This document shows, piece by piece, positions 26,211 to 39,645 of a DNA stretch of 64,000 bases. The DNA is from Takakia lepidozioides (taxonomy: Eukaryota; Plantae; Bryophyta). Made by a program: the position numbers and the translations under genes. The notes beneath the pieces were generated by a model. That model was not told the DNA's origin. It searched no databases and saw only the letters and a list, made by a program, of their open reading frames with translations. The stretch spans positions 19,716,001 to 19,780,000 of the forward strand of contig CM060732.1 of NCBI GenBank assembly GCA_030704615.1. Direction: 5' to 3'. Every line of letters starts with the position of its first letter. The first letter of the stretch is position 1.

Positions 26211-26385
26211 TTAGTATTGACTCGAAGCCTATCCAGAATTTTACGCCAATGATTTCTTAATATTAAGGTCTTCAATGCCTCTCTGGGCCCGCCAATATGG
26301 CCCATAGGGTCACCTCATAAGCGGAGCGCCCATCCATGGGGTCCGCCCCAGGTCCATTGGACACTCTAGGGCCTTCTTGAGAGTA

Positions 26386-26510
26386 TGGTGGAGGGTCCAC
26401 CCACCCTCCACACTCTGCAATCCAGCCCACTTTGCAGAGTCCGCTGGAGGGTCCAGTCCCTTCTAGAGAGTTTGCTGGAGGGTCCACCCACTCTGCAGAG
26501 TCCGCTGTAG
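26386..26510. repeat. Degenerate tandem repeat (ggagggtccacccactctgcagagtccgct)
   Basis: Motif visible about three times. Confidence 0.6.
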
Positions 26511-27499
26511 GTCGGTGTAGGTCGGTCCACTGTGCAATCCAAGGCTGGGCGTCCATCAACCGATGCATATGAGGTCATATGACACAAATTGAATTGAACC
26601 CGACAAGAATTTAACGTCAAGCCTCATACATCTTATTCGATGTTCTTAACCATCACACTACCCACCACTTTCTACAAACCTTGAAACTATTTAATGTTTT
26701 ATGTGCATTACCAGAGCCTGAAGGCAGGTCATGGCCCCCTCTTGGTTGGGACCTACCACAATAGACCTGCTTGCCCGGATGGAGCTGCGGTAGACCCAGC
26801 AGTGGACCCTCCGACTAGTATAGGGCGCTTCCACCCAGCGTTTTTTTTCTTTGCAAATTTTCGCCAAATTTCGACCTCAAGGGGGATATATATATATATA
26901 TATATAATGTAGCAAATTCCCTGTTTTTTCATGGATGAAATCGCCAAATTTCTCCAAATGAAAATAAATTATGGATGAATTTGCCAAATATGGATTATAT
27001 AAATGGATTTATGTACGGACATGGATGATTCTGTCCTAATTTCAATGGATGAACAGAATGTACGGCTATTTTTTGCCAAACTCTGTAGCCACTTGCGCTT
27101 TTTTTCAAATTCCAGAAAAAAACACTACTTCCACCATTCACGATCCTCTCTGCTACACGTGGGCCCGCCACAGGCACACGCACCTTAAAGACCCTAATAT
27201 CTATTACTAAGAAGCGAATTTTACTTGTTGAAGGAAAAATTTTAAAAAGAAATTAAAAAAAGAAAAACTCGCTCGCTCGCTCACTACACATCTACTAAAC
27301 ATTGTTTTGTTGGCTCCTGTGGGCCCATGATTCCTCCGTTACTATTATTCCTCATTATGAATGGACAGAAGGTCATTGGAATGAATTTCCAGTGACGAAA
27401 ATAATTAGTTTTGGGTTCGTCCCTCATCCATTGGATGTGTTTTCTGCCTTATGGCCTCTTCGGGATTTATTTTTTCCTTGTCTATCAATTTCTCAAGAA

Positions 27500-27690
27500 A
27501 ATACTTGAAATTCAAAATCTCCCACACCGCACCGTAGGTCCAAAAATTATGAAATTGCCTCGATGCATACCCCTACTCATTAAGGGCTTTCCAGCGGAAT
27601 CAAAACCCGGGCAAAGGCCTTGCAGTTTGGGAGATCTTAACATACATACAAACGAAACAAAACAAAACACCTTGCTTAATACATGGTATA
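27500..27690 (-). mobile_element. Helitron fragment
   Basis: Reverse complement of the 5' part of the 39700-39999 unit. Confidence 0.6.
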
Positions 27691-28095
27691 GTTCCATCAT
27701 ATTCAGTTCCCTTCGAAATATATATATATACTGCACCCATTTTAATTTGGATCAAGTGCGTTGTCCGGGCTTGGACCATGTCTCATATACCATTTTGTTG
27801 TCATAGTTTGCACCGAAGGTTGGGGCTTGTAGTCATCCTGGACGGACCTTGAAATCTCTAACCAAAAATATGTATGTGTGTGGGGTGTGTGTGGGGTACG
27901 AAAACGCATATCATCTTCCAATGGAACATAAGGCGAATCTATGGAGGCCACTGTGTGGAGATGCAGCCGTAGCAAAATAATATCCCGCCAATAAAATGTT
28001 TGGTGGGTTGTAGCCTTTGATGTGACACCAAATGTACCTAGGCCAATGGATCTTTGTATAGGAAGGAAATATATGGGAGAAATCAATCAACAAAG

Positions 28096-30865
28096 TGTCA
28101 AGTTATTTTACCACTAGTGTGAAGTTAGCTAGAAAATAGCTAGCTTTTATATATTGACATTTGGGATTGACCCAAGTGTCAATCCAGGGGCCAATACATG
28201 TTTGGGCACCTGGCGTTGTTATCTTCACGGCAGATCGCGGTGGGCTCATCTTTCTCGAGTTGAGCCTCACTGCGTCTAGCTATGGCGCCGTAGTGTGGAT
28301 TCCCCATGGCGTGGGGTGCACTTGGCTCGACTTAATATATGAGTGATGTTTCCATGTGCAAGTATGTGAGTTTGAGAGAGCCTATGTGTTTGTATCATTC
28401 CTTTCCTTATCACTCGAGAAAGAGCAGCTCGAGTCTGCGAGTGTCAGGTTCGAGTTAGTTGTAACACTTGTACGGTTCAGCCTAGAATGCAGGGATCCGT
28501 GCATGAGCCTATCCAAAGCGGATAGAGTGCAAAGGCGAACAGGTTGCAGGTTTGCATTGGATAGATAGGCGGTCAGTGTTGCATAGCTCAACGCTATGGC
28601 AACTGAGTATGTGGTTCCAGTGTGAAGCGGAGGAGATGCTGGCCACGAGTGGGCGAACTGGTGGTCGTCTTCTTCAACTGCAGGAATGTGGGCTGCACAT
28701 GGGAAGCTAGCATGTTACAGGCTGGAGATGATATGATCAGCTCCAGGTATTTCTGCTCGAAACTAGTTGTTGCGGGTAGATGAGGAGCAGCCGAATGGTG
28801 GAGCTGCGAGGGGATGCATCGCAGCCCGTTGGGAGCTTCAGCTCCAAGCTCATGAAGAGGTATGAGTGAAGAGAGGGGGTTGGTCCCTCAAATCAGTGCA
28901 CTTGTAAAACATGTGCTGAGTTGGAGTTTCAATCTGAAACTCAGCAGTGTAAGGGCTCTTGGAGTGGCAAGAACGGGGTTGGAAGGGCAACAACGAGGCG
29001 CCCTAGAGCCAGGGGATATGCATGAGAAGTGCAGGTGCACCAAGTTTGTAAATGTGTGTATTTTCATATTCGTTTTTGTGAGCTTCATGAAGAAAATGAG
29101 CATGTTGGGCAGCATATAGCTTGCTTGTTGAGTTGGGGGTACTTCTAGTGGGCCGTGAGAGCTCAAGAGTGTAGGGCGACGGGGCGATGGCTCCGCAGAA
29201 GCATAGCTCAGCGGCAGCAGGTGCAGGAGCAAACCCCAGCTCGGGGAGAGCTCGGGAACGCGTGGGAACGTCCTGGGAACGATCGGGAACACATGGGAAC
29301 TCGTGTGGAACTGTTGACCGTGACCGTGGGAAGCCGTGGTGCGGATACCACGGGTGGGCACGGTGACCAGATCGTGGGGATGGCGGGCCGTGAAGGCTCG
29401 TGGGCGTGGTACCACGGGGTGTCACGGGGCAGCCCGTGGCCAACGAGCGCCTAGGGCGGGCCGTGAGGAGTCGTGGCGGTTAATGGAGCCACGGAAGGCC
29501 GCGAGCAACCAGAGAAAAAAAATAAAATAAAATAAAAATCTTTTTTCACTCGTTTCGTGGGACCTTGATGGGGAGGCTGGGCTCTGAAGAACAACGGTTT
29601 TGAGCTAGCTGATTCGGCAGAAAAGTCGGAATTGCCTCCTGTTGCATTTTAACAAAGGGGATTATTTCCCTGCAGGTAATTTTTTCGGGTTTTCAGCCCA
29701 ATTCTTAACTATGGGGGAGACCAGCCTGCAGGTAATTTCTTTGGACAGAATGTTGTTGGGGCCTATATGTACCTCTATTTGCTCCATTTTTGAACCTTCA
29801 GTGAACAGCGTGGTTTCCTGAGGTGGTTCCATTCTAAGGTATGGCTGATGGACGTAAGGAGGCACTGGCGGACCCTATGGAGGCTTGCATGGGGCCTTGG
29901 AGCCAAGTTTCATGAGCTCGTGGAGGGCGGTTTGAGGAGTGTCTACAGGATGCTCTCATGGTCATGCAAGTGAGAGAAGTGAGGAAAAAGAGGGTGTTGG
30001 GATGAGAGCGTGCTGGGGATAGGCATTGCTTTAGCTTCCCTTCCTCGTAGTTTTCCACCTTCTTTGTAGGCCGAGACATTTCCGTAGGTGGAGGCAAGAG
30101 TCAGTCCGGGTTTGGGCTGGGTTGCAGGAGCGACACTGTGGAGTTGTTTTTGGTGTGGGGGAGTTGTTGTTTTCATTCTTGTGTTTGGATCCCCTCCACA
30201 CCTGCATGCTTGATTGTGCGCCATGCTAGTTTTGTGTGGGCGCTTGATTTTATAGGCGGTTGACTCGGGCTTGATTGCCGATTCAACCCTAGAGGTTAAG
30301 AACCTGGTATTCCAAGAGAACCTTGGAGGTGATGACCAGCCAACCATGGGAGTGCTTGCGGTGGATGCAGGTGCAGGTGCAGGCTATGTTAGGAACATAG
30401 CATTCCAAACCATAAGCCGCATCAGGTTCTCTACCCGATTACCTTGTGGAGAGGGGGTTAGGGACATGTTCATGACCGGTTGAGTGTCAGTTTGTCAACA
30501 CGGAGGTGCCACTAGTTGCTGGGGAAAGTGCTGGTACGAGCACTAACGATACTAGCGGGTATACGAGACGAGATGTGCGGTTTAGGCCACCTTCACCTCC
30601 TGTGTTTTCTACGGAAGGTTCTGATTCGGATTGTGAATCAGGAGGACTCACACCGGCGGTGCAAGTTGTTTCCTTGCCATTGTTGTGGGACACAATGGAG
30701 GAGATGTATGGAACTACCAAGGGGCCACGAATGTACTCTGGGGCGGTGGGCACCATTGAGTTGGATGATTTTATCCAAGAGTTTGTCAAGTTATTTTACC
30801 ACTAGTGTGAAACTAGCTAGGAAATAGCTAGCTTTTATATATTGATATTTGGGATTGGCCCAAGT
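28096..30865 (+). mobile_element. Deleted Ty3/gypsy-like LTR element: LTR ~28096-28355, long leader, truncated gag 30506-30783, partial LTR repeat 30784-30865
   Basis: tgtcaagttattttaccactagtgtg is repeated at 28096 and 30784; the LTR tail is homologous to the LTR at 36600-36898; gag is homologous to 33116-34000. Confidence 0.65.
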
Positions 30866-30867
30866 AG

Positions 30868-32061
30868 TCTTCTCCGCAGGGGGTGCAGGAGATGCCAGTG
30901 GTACAAGAGCCATTGCCACCAAGACCACAACAAGTCACTGTGACAGTAGCTGACCCTGTTGTTACTACAGCACCACCACAGCCACCACAGCCTGAGGTAT
31001 GGGGGGATGCTGCTTTCAACCCACCTAAAACTCCTGCTACACGGGAGTACAATCGGGCTATGATTATGCCCTTCAACCAAATTCCAATTGTGTTGGATTT
31101 GGCTTGGAAGGAATTTAGTCCTTCACAGTCGTTGACACATTACTACCAGATCATGCGCATTTGGCTGCCAGTGGCAACTAGGACTAAGGTTCTTCCGAAC
31201 AATCGACCCATTGAGGATCATCACTTTGCGAGGTACTGGCATGAGGCAAGTACCATGTTGAAGGAATTAATTGCCTTCCAAGTTGTACATGGGTACATTT
31301 ATACCAAGACCAAGGAGGTAGCAAGTATTGTCATGGGCTGCGGGTTATACTATGCTGCTTGTTTTCTGGCACATTATCACATTGAGCAGCAGAAGATGCA
31401 ATCGCGCTTTCTGAGTTATTCCAGTGGGGATCATTGGGTCTTACCTTCAGTGCCACCTCATATGTACCTCTATGATGCAAAGGTGATGATGCAAAAGGAC
31501 TCCCAACTTCGTACATGGTTTCATGCGACCTGGAATAATTTGTCAACATAGAAATTCGGGCCTGACGATATTTTCTTTAAGGGCCAAGAGGCATGGAAAT
31601 ACTTGCACAATTCACAAGTCATTGGTACACCACTCACCTGGACAGACAAGGAGTTCAGGGTCTTCACCAATTTTGCAATTCAGCGTTTACAACAAGTTTT
31701 ACAGTTTAAACTTCAAGACATGGTGGGACCACATTGTATGCCCCAGAGGATTCCACAAAAAGTTCGGCCGTTAAAACACCTGAGAGGCGATGAGGATTCT
31801 GATACTACTGATTCTTCAACGAACTCTTTTGACATGGCAGATGACTATGCAATTCAAATGGCAGAGAAGAAGCGACGGGGGTCTCCTATGCCTGAAAGAT
31901 TACCTCGATATCAGCCAAAGGAATGATTGACATTTCTAGGTAGTGTTCAATCATCTCCATCAACCAGTGATAGGACTCGAGCTCGCACAAGGAGTCCTTC
32001 ACGAGACTCTAATCGTCAGAAGGGTGCTCGCTCACAAAGGTTTCCAAATCCCAAACAGTAA
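30868..32061 (+). pseudogene. ~398-codon ORF of unknown function at the 3' end of an LTR retrotransposon, two in-frame stops
   Basis: ORFs 30883-31551, 31603-31926 and the extension to 32061 share one frame (TAG 31549, TGA 31924); followed directly by PPT and LTR. Confidence 0.65.
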
Positions 32062-32099
32062 ACCGTGAGGACACGGCTTTTTGAGAGGGGAAGGGGTAA

Positions 32100-33028
32100 T
32101 GTTAGAGGACTGTCTGGGACTTAGGCACTTTTATGGGTTCTGTGGGGTCTGGGATTTAGACGTTTTTATGGGTTCCAAGGGGTACCCTTATTTTTTTACA
32201 TAGACTAGTCACAGCCGACACAGCCTGTCACAGCCCGCCACAGCTCAACACAGCCCGACACAGCCTGACACAGTCCATCACAGTCCAACACAGCCCGTCA
32301 CAGCCCGTCACAGCCCGACACAGCCGCCACAGCTTCGCACAGCCCTACACAGCCCGTCACAGCCCGACACAGCCGCCACAGCTTCGCACAACCCTACACA
32401 GCCCGACACAGCCAGTCACAGCCCGACACAGCCGCCACAGCTTCGCACAGCCCTACACAGCCCAACACAGCCAGTCACAACCCGCCACAGCCTGATACAG
32501 CCAGTCACAGCTCGGCACAGCTGGGGAATAGTTATCATTGGCAGGGAACGACGGTGGGGGAACGACATCTGAAAAAGGAACGTGTACTACAGGGATGACG
32601 GTTAGTTAGGAAAGCGGTTAGAACAGCTTGTAGGTAGAAAAAGCGAAGAGCGGAGGAGGTCTAAAAATCACTTCGAGAGACTACTTCTGGGGGGGGAATG
32701 ACTTCTTAAAGGTTTTTCGGGCATCACAACTGGGAAATAAAGCGGAGAGCGCATCTTTGAGTAGAAAGAGGGAGAGCACGGAGTAGGAGGAGAACGATCT
32801 GTTGATGCTTGATGAATGCAAGTAGTAGAGTTGTAATGTAGAACAGATTAGAGACTTCATGGCTTCAGCCTGATACTTGATAGATATTAATCTGATTCAT
32901 ACTTCATACTCACACTGTGTAGAGAGATCTGAGTGAAGCTGTGGAATGAATGGATGAGTTGATGGAATCCGATAGATTGCTGAAGCTCTCTGATACTTAA
33001 ATACCAACAGTAAGGTAACTAGCTAACA
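32100..33028 (+). mobile_element. 3' LTR of a Ty3/gypsy element, preceded by polypurine tract
   Basis: PPT gagaggggaaggggtaa, then tgttag ... ctaaca inverted termini. Confidence 0.7.
32210..32521. repeat. ~10-bp minisatellite (cacagcccga) array within the LTR
   Basis: About 30 degenerate copies directly visible. Confidence 0.92.
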
Positions 33029-36000
33029 TGAATACGGGAAGGAATACAAATAGGAAACACCCCCATGATACACTGGTTGTAGGTCATGACTGATTGTTCT
33101 GAGCGGGCTGAGTGCTTAGAGATTTCCAACTCTTCTATCTTGGAGTTCCCACCTCGGATAACGAAGGGATGGGTGAGTAAAAGCCGCGCGACACAGCTCC
33201 TTGTCCAATATCCCATACCAGAATTGGACTGCCTGAGCTTCCGTAACCCCTTGGGTTACATTTATCAAGCGTCTCATGCGCGTATAAGCCTCCCTCAAAC
33301 TCTCAATAGGCCTCCGTTGGAACTCTTGCAAGCTCTGCAACTTCTCTGTCCTTATCCCCTGGTAGTTTCTCCTCAACTCCTCGAAGAACTCCACAACTGG
33401 GTTAAAGGCAGGCACGGATGCTGGTGCTGCTACAGAAGCTTGAGTGGATTTCCCCGCTCCTGTACCACTTGTGCCACTACTAATGCTTGCAGTTGGGGAT
33501 ATTGGTGTAGCTACTGGTGTCGCCGCTGCTCTTGTGCCTTTGGTGATGGAGATATAGTCAGCTGACCATTACTTCCGCCATTCCTCAATCTCCACCTCAT
33601 GTTCTCGCCTAAACTCATGGTAATCATCCATGGGCGGCCCCTCAAGGTGCTGAAACAACCCCTTCCACGCCATAAAAGGCGTAAACAGTTGTGGATTATG
33701 CATCTGCTGCAAATCACACCAACTATCAAACTCCTGTATGAAATCATCAAGCTCGATGGTGCCCACAGCTCTAGAGTACCGACGTGGCCCCTTGGTAGCT
33801 CCATACATTTCCTCCATCGTATCCCACAACAATGGAAAGGAAATAGCTTGCACTTGCGGCGTGGATCTCTCAGAGTTTGAATCAGAACCCTCCTCAGAAG
33901 ACACAGAAGGTGAAGGTGGCCTAAACCGTACACCTCGTCTCGTGTATCCACTAGTATCGCTAGTGCTCGTACCGGCAGTTCCCTCAGCAACTAGTGGCAT
34001 CTCCGTGATGAAAACTCACAACCACACATGTTATAAACTTGTCTCTAATCCCCCTTTCCACAAGGTAATCGGGTAGAGAACCTGTTGCAGCTAATGGCTT
34101 AGACTACTAGGTTCATAACATAAACCTGCACGTGCACCTGCATCCACCGCAAGCACTCCTATGGTCTGCTGATCATCAACCCAGCCTCACCATAAGAGGG
34201 TCTGACTGGTCATCACCCCAACCTCACCACTAACAGCACGCTCTAGGATTGACCGGTGATCAAATCCGAACCAACCTCCTATGAAAACAAGCGCCTACAC
34301 AAAACTGACATGACGCACAGTCAAGCATGCAAGTGTGGAGGGGATCCAAACACAAGAAAATCAAAACAGTAACTCCCCCACACCAAAAACACTCCACAGT
34401 GTCGCTCCTGCAAGACACCCCAAACCCGGACTGACTCTTGCCTCCACCTACGGAAAGGTTTTGGCCTACAGAGAGGGTGGAAGACTACAAGGAAGAGAGA
34501 CTAAAGCAATTCCTATCATAACATGCTCTCATCCCACTACCCTTTCTCCACACTCTCTTGCTTAAGCAATAGACAAGACCTTTCAAGAATCTCTCAAATA
34601 ACTCTCTAAGAGCCCTCAAGATGTCTCTCAAACAATCTCACTAAGGCTCCCAAAGCTTGCACCATTGGACTCCAAACAGTACACCAAAGCCCCAAGAGCC
34701 TGCAAAGTCTTGGCCCTCAAAGACCCCAAATAGTCCTTCAACAAGTCGCCAAGGACTCCTCAAGCTCGCTGAAATATTGGCCTCCAAGAACCCCAAACAG
34801 CCCTCCAAATAGCCCTCCAAAGGCTCCAAAAACTTGCCAAATATTGGCTTTCAATGACCCCAAATGGTCCTCCACATAGCCCTCCAAAGGCTCCAAAGAC
34901 TTGCCAAACTTGGCCTTCAATGACTGCAAATAGTCCTCCAAACAGTCATCCAAATACCTCTTCAAGAGCTCTTCAAAGTAGCTTACAAAAGCTCCTCAAA
35001 GTGTCTTCCAAAAGCTCCTCAAAGGACCCCAAAGATCCCCCCAACAATCCTCCAAAAGGCCTTTGAAAATCCTCCAAAAGCCCTATATTGTCTTTATATG
35101 TCACTATGTTCCCAGCCTATAGTGACCGTTCCCACACTTTGGTGACTATTCCCATAAACCTAGGGTTTCATGTGCATCTCATGCTAGGGTTTGTGCATCC
35201 CATGCTAGGGTTTGTGCTTCCTTGAGCTTCGTGCTTGATCTCCTCAAGCATCCATGACTTCTATGAGATACCAAAGCAAACTCCCTTACTCTTCTTCACC
35301 TCAAGCTACAACCAAGCCTGGTTCCAACTCACCTGGCAATGCATTTGTCACACAACAAGCTTCACATCTCTTTGGAACTCAAGAACAAAGCTTTTTACCT
35401 CCTTTAGCAAGCCACCAAGCCTTATCTCCTCTCAAGCCTTGGTCATTCAAGCTCCTTTCACTTGCTAGCTCAAGAGCCACTCCTCTCAAGCTTGGAATTG
35501 CAAAGCTCAAGCCAAAAACATGCTCCACACATGCGTATCTTCACACACAAGAGAATCCGCTCCTTCCCTTCACTCTCCTAGCTCTCCTAGAGCTTGAAGT
35601 TGCAAACCCCAACTAGAGAGCATGCTCCACAAGTGCTTTTCTTTCACCTAAGTGGAAACCAGCCCTCTCCCTTCCTTTCTTACTCTCCATAGCTTGAAAA
35701 TAGAAGCCTCAATGGCGGAAAATATGCTCCATACATGCGCCGCTCTCGTATAAGAGAAATCAGCCCCTTACTTCTGGTCTTGCACTCCAAAACCTGAAAA
35801 TACAAGCCTCAAATGGGTTGAAAGCATGCTCCACACATGACACTCCCTTCTCACAAGGGAAATCAGCCATTTTACTTCATTGTGCTTCAAGCCCAAGCTC
35901 GCGCCGCTCCTTGGCTCTTCTTCCACACCATAGAAACCTCGAACCTAGCTTGATTAGAGCAAGAGTAAGCACTCCATAGCCTCTTGGTGGCTATCCACAT

Positions 36001-36898
36001 GTCATCACATGCACGCCTTCACTCCATAATGCTTTACAAAGCTCATGAAACCCTAGCATCTATGCTTTCCATGCAAGACGATCCTCTTGTGATGTAAGAG
36101 CTCCCTTTCCAAGCTTTGAAACCCTAGCGTGTAATAAGGCTTCCACAAACCCTCAATGCACGATTCTTCTCACCATACAAGCCACTTCCTTGGCAAATGG
36201 TGTCATAACACTTGAGATACAAGAGATGGCGCTCATTCTTCTAGCTCTCATCTCAAACTTTCAAACATTTTGCTTCCGCGTACATAATGCTTTCTCTTTG
36301 CAACACTTGCAAAGTCTTGTAACTCACGAGCTCTCCCCTTGGGCCTTCCACCTCCTTGATGCAATGCAAACACACTCTCTCTTGCAACAGCTTGCAAGCC
36401 TTGTGAGATACTTGAGCTTTTCCTAGCTCTCTCACTCCTTGGTCTACACCAACACAAGTGCTAAACTAATCCTTACACTCCGCACTCACAATCATAAGGT
36501 CATCTTCTTGTAGTGATAATGAAAGTGAACATAATAGAAACAAGCGAGATGGTTCGGTATACACTGTATGTGGGGCTTGAAATGAGGCTCCGATACCACT
36601 CATGAACCACTCAATCACATAAACTAAGTCAAGCCAAGAGCACCCTTGCTAAGGGAATCCACCCTACAAAGCCCTCACCACACTCCCTCTCAATACCTAG
36701 AGCTATGGAGGTGAGAGAGACTCATGGAGGCTCAACTACAAGAAGATGAGCCTCCTCTATCCTCACAAGAGGAAAACCTATCCCCATGTCCCAAGTGAGG
36801 CTCGACACCTCACTTGGCAAATATAAATATAAATATCTAAAATGTCCTAGTTAACTAGAAGTAGGTAATTCTAGATAACCATGACTAAAACCATGACA
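33029..36898 (-). mobile_element. 5' part of a Ty3/gypsy element: LTR ~36898-36600, PBS tRNA-Met 36598-36587, ~2.6-kb leader with ~66-bp repeats (34640-35080), gag
   Basis: LTR begins tgtcatgg on the minus strand; PBS tggtatcggagc; homologous in inverted orientation to 29940-30780. Confidence 0.7.
33116..34000 (-). pseudogene. gag: Retrotransposon gag (Ty3/gypsy), one in-frame stop
   Basis: ORFs 34000-33569 and 33415-33116 share a frame; MHR-like QRRPIESLREAYTRM. Confidence 0.75.
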
Positions 36899-38753
36899 CC
36901 TCGATGAGGAGGGGTGCACCAGCTTAGTATCATAATTTTTGGACCAGCGGTGTGGGAGATGTCGAATTCCAAGTACTTTTGGCCGTTGGAATTCGGGAAA
37001 AATAGCAAAGTGGACTTTCCTGGAGCAATGATTGGCCCTTCATGTGACAGATTTGGAATTTCAAGTGTAGTTCCTTGCCGGAGAAAAAAATAGACATATG
37101 GCCTTTCTTGCGGGAGGTTTTCTATTCATCCCCGGATTTATATCTCTGTCACTGGGATTACCATCCTTGTAGCTGTCATCCTGTCAACCCGCCCAACCTG
37201 TTCAGTGCCCTCTAAGCCTAACCGACGTGAGTCGGCGACCACAGGTCGTTCACCCACCCCCCCTAGGGGCTCCCTTTCGCCATTGACTCTCGGTGTACTT
37301 GAGTAGGGGCGGCAACCTGTGATGAGAATAATTTAAGCCTCGACAGGGGAGATTGCAAAAATAGCAAAGTGGGCAAGTTAGGATTGCACTTGGACTTAGG
37401 TGACATTGGACAGTGGAGGTCGCACTTGGGCCTCTACATGGGAGACGCATTTAGATACATAGGAGATTGCACTTGGGCTTAGTTTTCAATTCTTCACACA
37501 TAGGCCGATGACACAGGCTACCCTAGATCTCCCAAAGAGTGGGGTCTCTGGATACATAGGGGATTACATAGGGGATTGCACTTGGACATAGACGACATTG
37601 GACACTTGGGCCAATGGCACAGGCTATCCTAGAGGTTGCAATTGGGCCTTGACATACTGGGATACATAGGAGATCTTGCACTTAGGCTTAGATGACACTA
37701 GACACTTGGGCCAACGACATAAGCTACCCTAGAGACCTTGGGCCTCGACATATGAGACGCTATTGGATACATGGGGGATTGCACTTGGACTTAGCTGATG
37801 ACACTGGACACTTGGGCCAACGGCACATGCTACCATAGTCAATATATGAAGCGAGACGTTTGTTTTGTTTTGTTTGTAGCATTGTTGAGATCTCCCAAAC
37901 CGTGGGGCCCAACCCCGGTGTTTGGTGCCGTTGGAAAGCCCTCGATGAGGAGGGGTGCACCGGCTTGCTCTCATGTTTTTTGGACGTGCGGTGTGGGAGA
38001 TGTCGAATTTCAAGTACTTTTGGTCGGTGGAAATTCGCGGAAAAAATAGCAAAATGGGTTTTTTTAGAGCAATGATTGGCTCTTCATGGCATGTGGGAGA
38101 AGTGTTTTTGGTCACAGGAAATTCATGAAAAGAAATAAATTAGCAAAGTGGGCTTTCCTGGGCCAATGATTGGATATATCAATATATTAAGCCTCGATAT
38201 GAGATATATCTATATATGAAGCCTCCATACTAAGGAGATGCAGTTGGACTTAGAGGACACTCGACACTTAGGCCAAGAGCACGTGCTACCCTAGATGATA
38301 AGAAACATATTACTACACAATAAATTCCTGAAAAAAAATTTGATTTTTCATGTGGGAGATTTGGAATTTGAAGTATTTTTGGTCACAGAAAATTCATGAT
38401 AAAATACAAATTGTTTTTTTATGGAATGCAAATTCGTTGACAATATTTCTCCCCGATCAAAATGTACCAAAAACAATGAATATTGTATATACAGAAGTAT
38501 TAATATAAACTTCTAACTCTTTCACCAACCAATCTGTGAATCATATTACATTGTTGTTCATTTGTTGTTCATTCATGTAGCAGACATTCTTTGTAACTAA
38601 ACAAACATCCAACTTCATTTTAGTATATCGATTTCAATTCTTCACACAGCATCAACATGGGCATCGACATAGATGACACACTTGGATACATAAGGGATTG
38701 CACTTGGACATAGATGACACTGGACACATGGGCCAACGGCACATGCTACCCTA
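36899..38753 (+). mobile_element. Tandem Helitron units with multiple 3' termini
   Basis: Repeated gccaacggcacaggctaccctag; catag|tcaatatatg head-to-tail junction at 37838/37839. Confidence 0.72.
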
Positions 38754-39342
38754 TTATATTTTAATATAGACGTGTGATTTTACGGTACTTTCGCCAAATG
38801 TAGGCAACGGCGGCTCCTTTAGGCTCCGTTGAGGAAAAAAAAAAGATTTTTGGATCAACTGGTTACTTATCCCTGTTGCCCCGGTTATGGCAGTTAGAAG
38901 ATGTTTACCTTTAAAATGGAAAGTAGTAGCTCTTCAAAATGATGTGACACCATAAATTACGCGTGCTTTGGCAAAAGTTTTTTTTTCTCTTCTTTCGTTC
39001 TTTTATCAATATCTATTTATATTTTAAATTTCAAATAAAAAATACTACAGATCTTATAAAAACAATAATTTTTTTTTTAAAATAAAAACATATTCTATCA
39101 ATCAATAGTATTGTTACTATTCCAGCTAGAGCTAACGCAACTAAGAGCCACTTCATTTTACTACTGCTTCCTGTTAAAGGTTTATAAAGGTTTTCATACA
39201 TCAAAGTATTTAACAAGTAAATTTAAGTATTTAAACTAAGAGACTAAATAGATGTACATAGACTAAATAATATCTATTATATAAATTTTTAATAGATCTA
39301 TATTCTTAATTACCCAAAATACAGACAGAAGACAAAAATCCC

Positions 39343-39645
39343 ATAGGACGATCGAACTCCGGGATTTTCAAGACTGGAGCTTCCGCCATCCGCTGCTTCA
39401 ATTCAGCAAAAGCTTGGCCACAAAATGTATTCCATTCCCAGACTTTGGATTTACACAGAAGGTCCGACAACGGCCCCGCGATCTTGGCGAAATTTCTCAC
39501 ATACTTCCGGTAATAGGAGGCGAGTCTTAGGAAGGATCGCACTCCCGGGACCGAAGTCGGAGGCTCCCAGTCCAAGATCGCCCTCACCTTTCTGTCATCC
39601 ATTTTGATCCCGTCCTGTGTAATCACATGCCCTAGGAACTCCACT
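39343..39645 (-). pseudogene. Isolated Ty3/gypsy reverse transcriptase C-terminal/connection fragment
   Basis: EFLGHVITQDGIKMDDRKVRAILDWEPPTSVPGVRSFLRLASYYRKYVRNFAKIAGPL...APVLKIPEFDRP. Confidence 0.85.

Noticed and set aside
32210-32521. CRISPR-like regular array
   Set aside because: No unique spacers, ~10-bp unit, no cas genes, eukaryotic context
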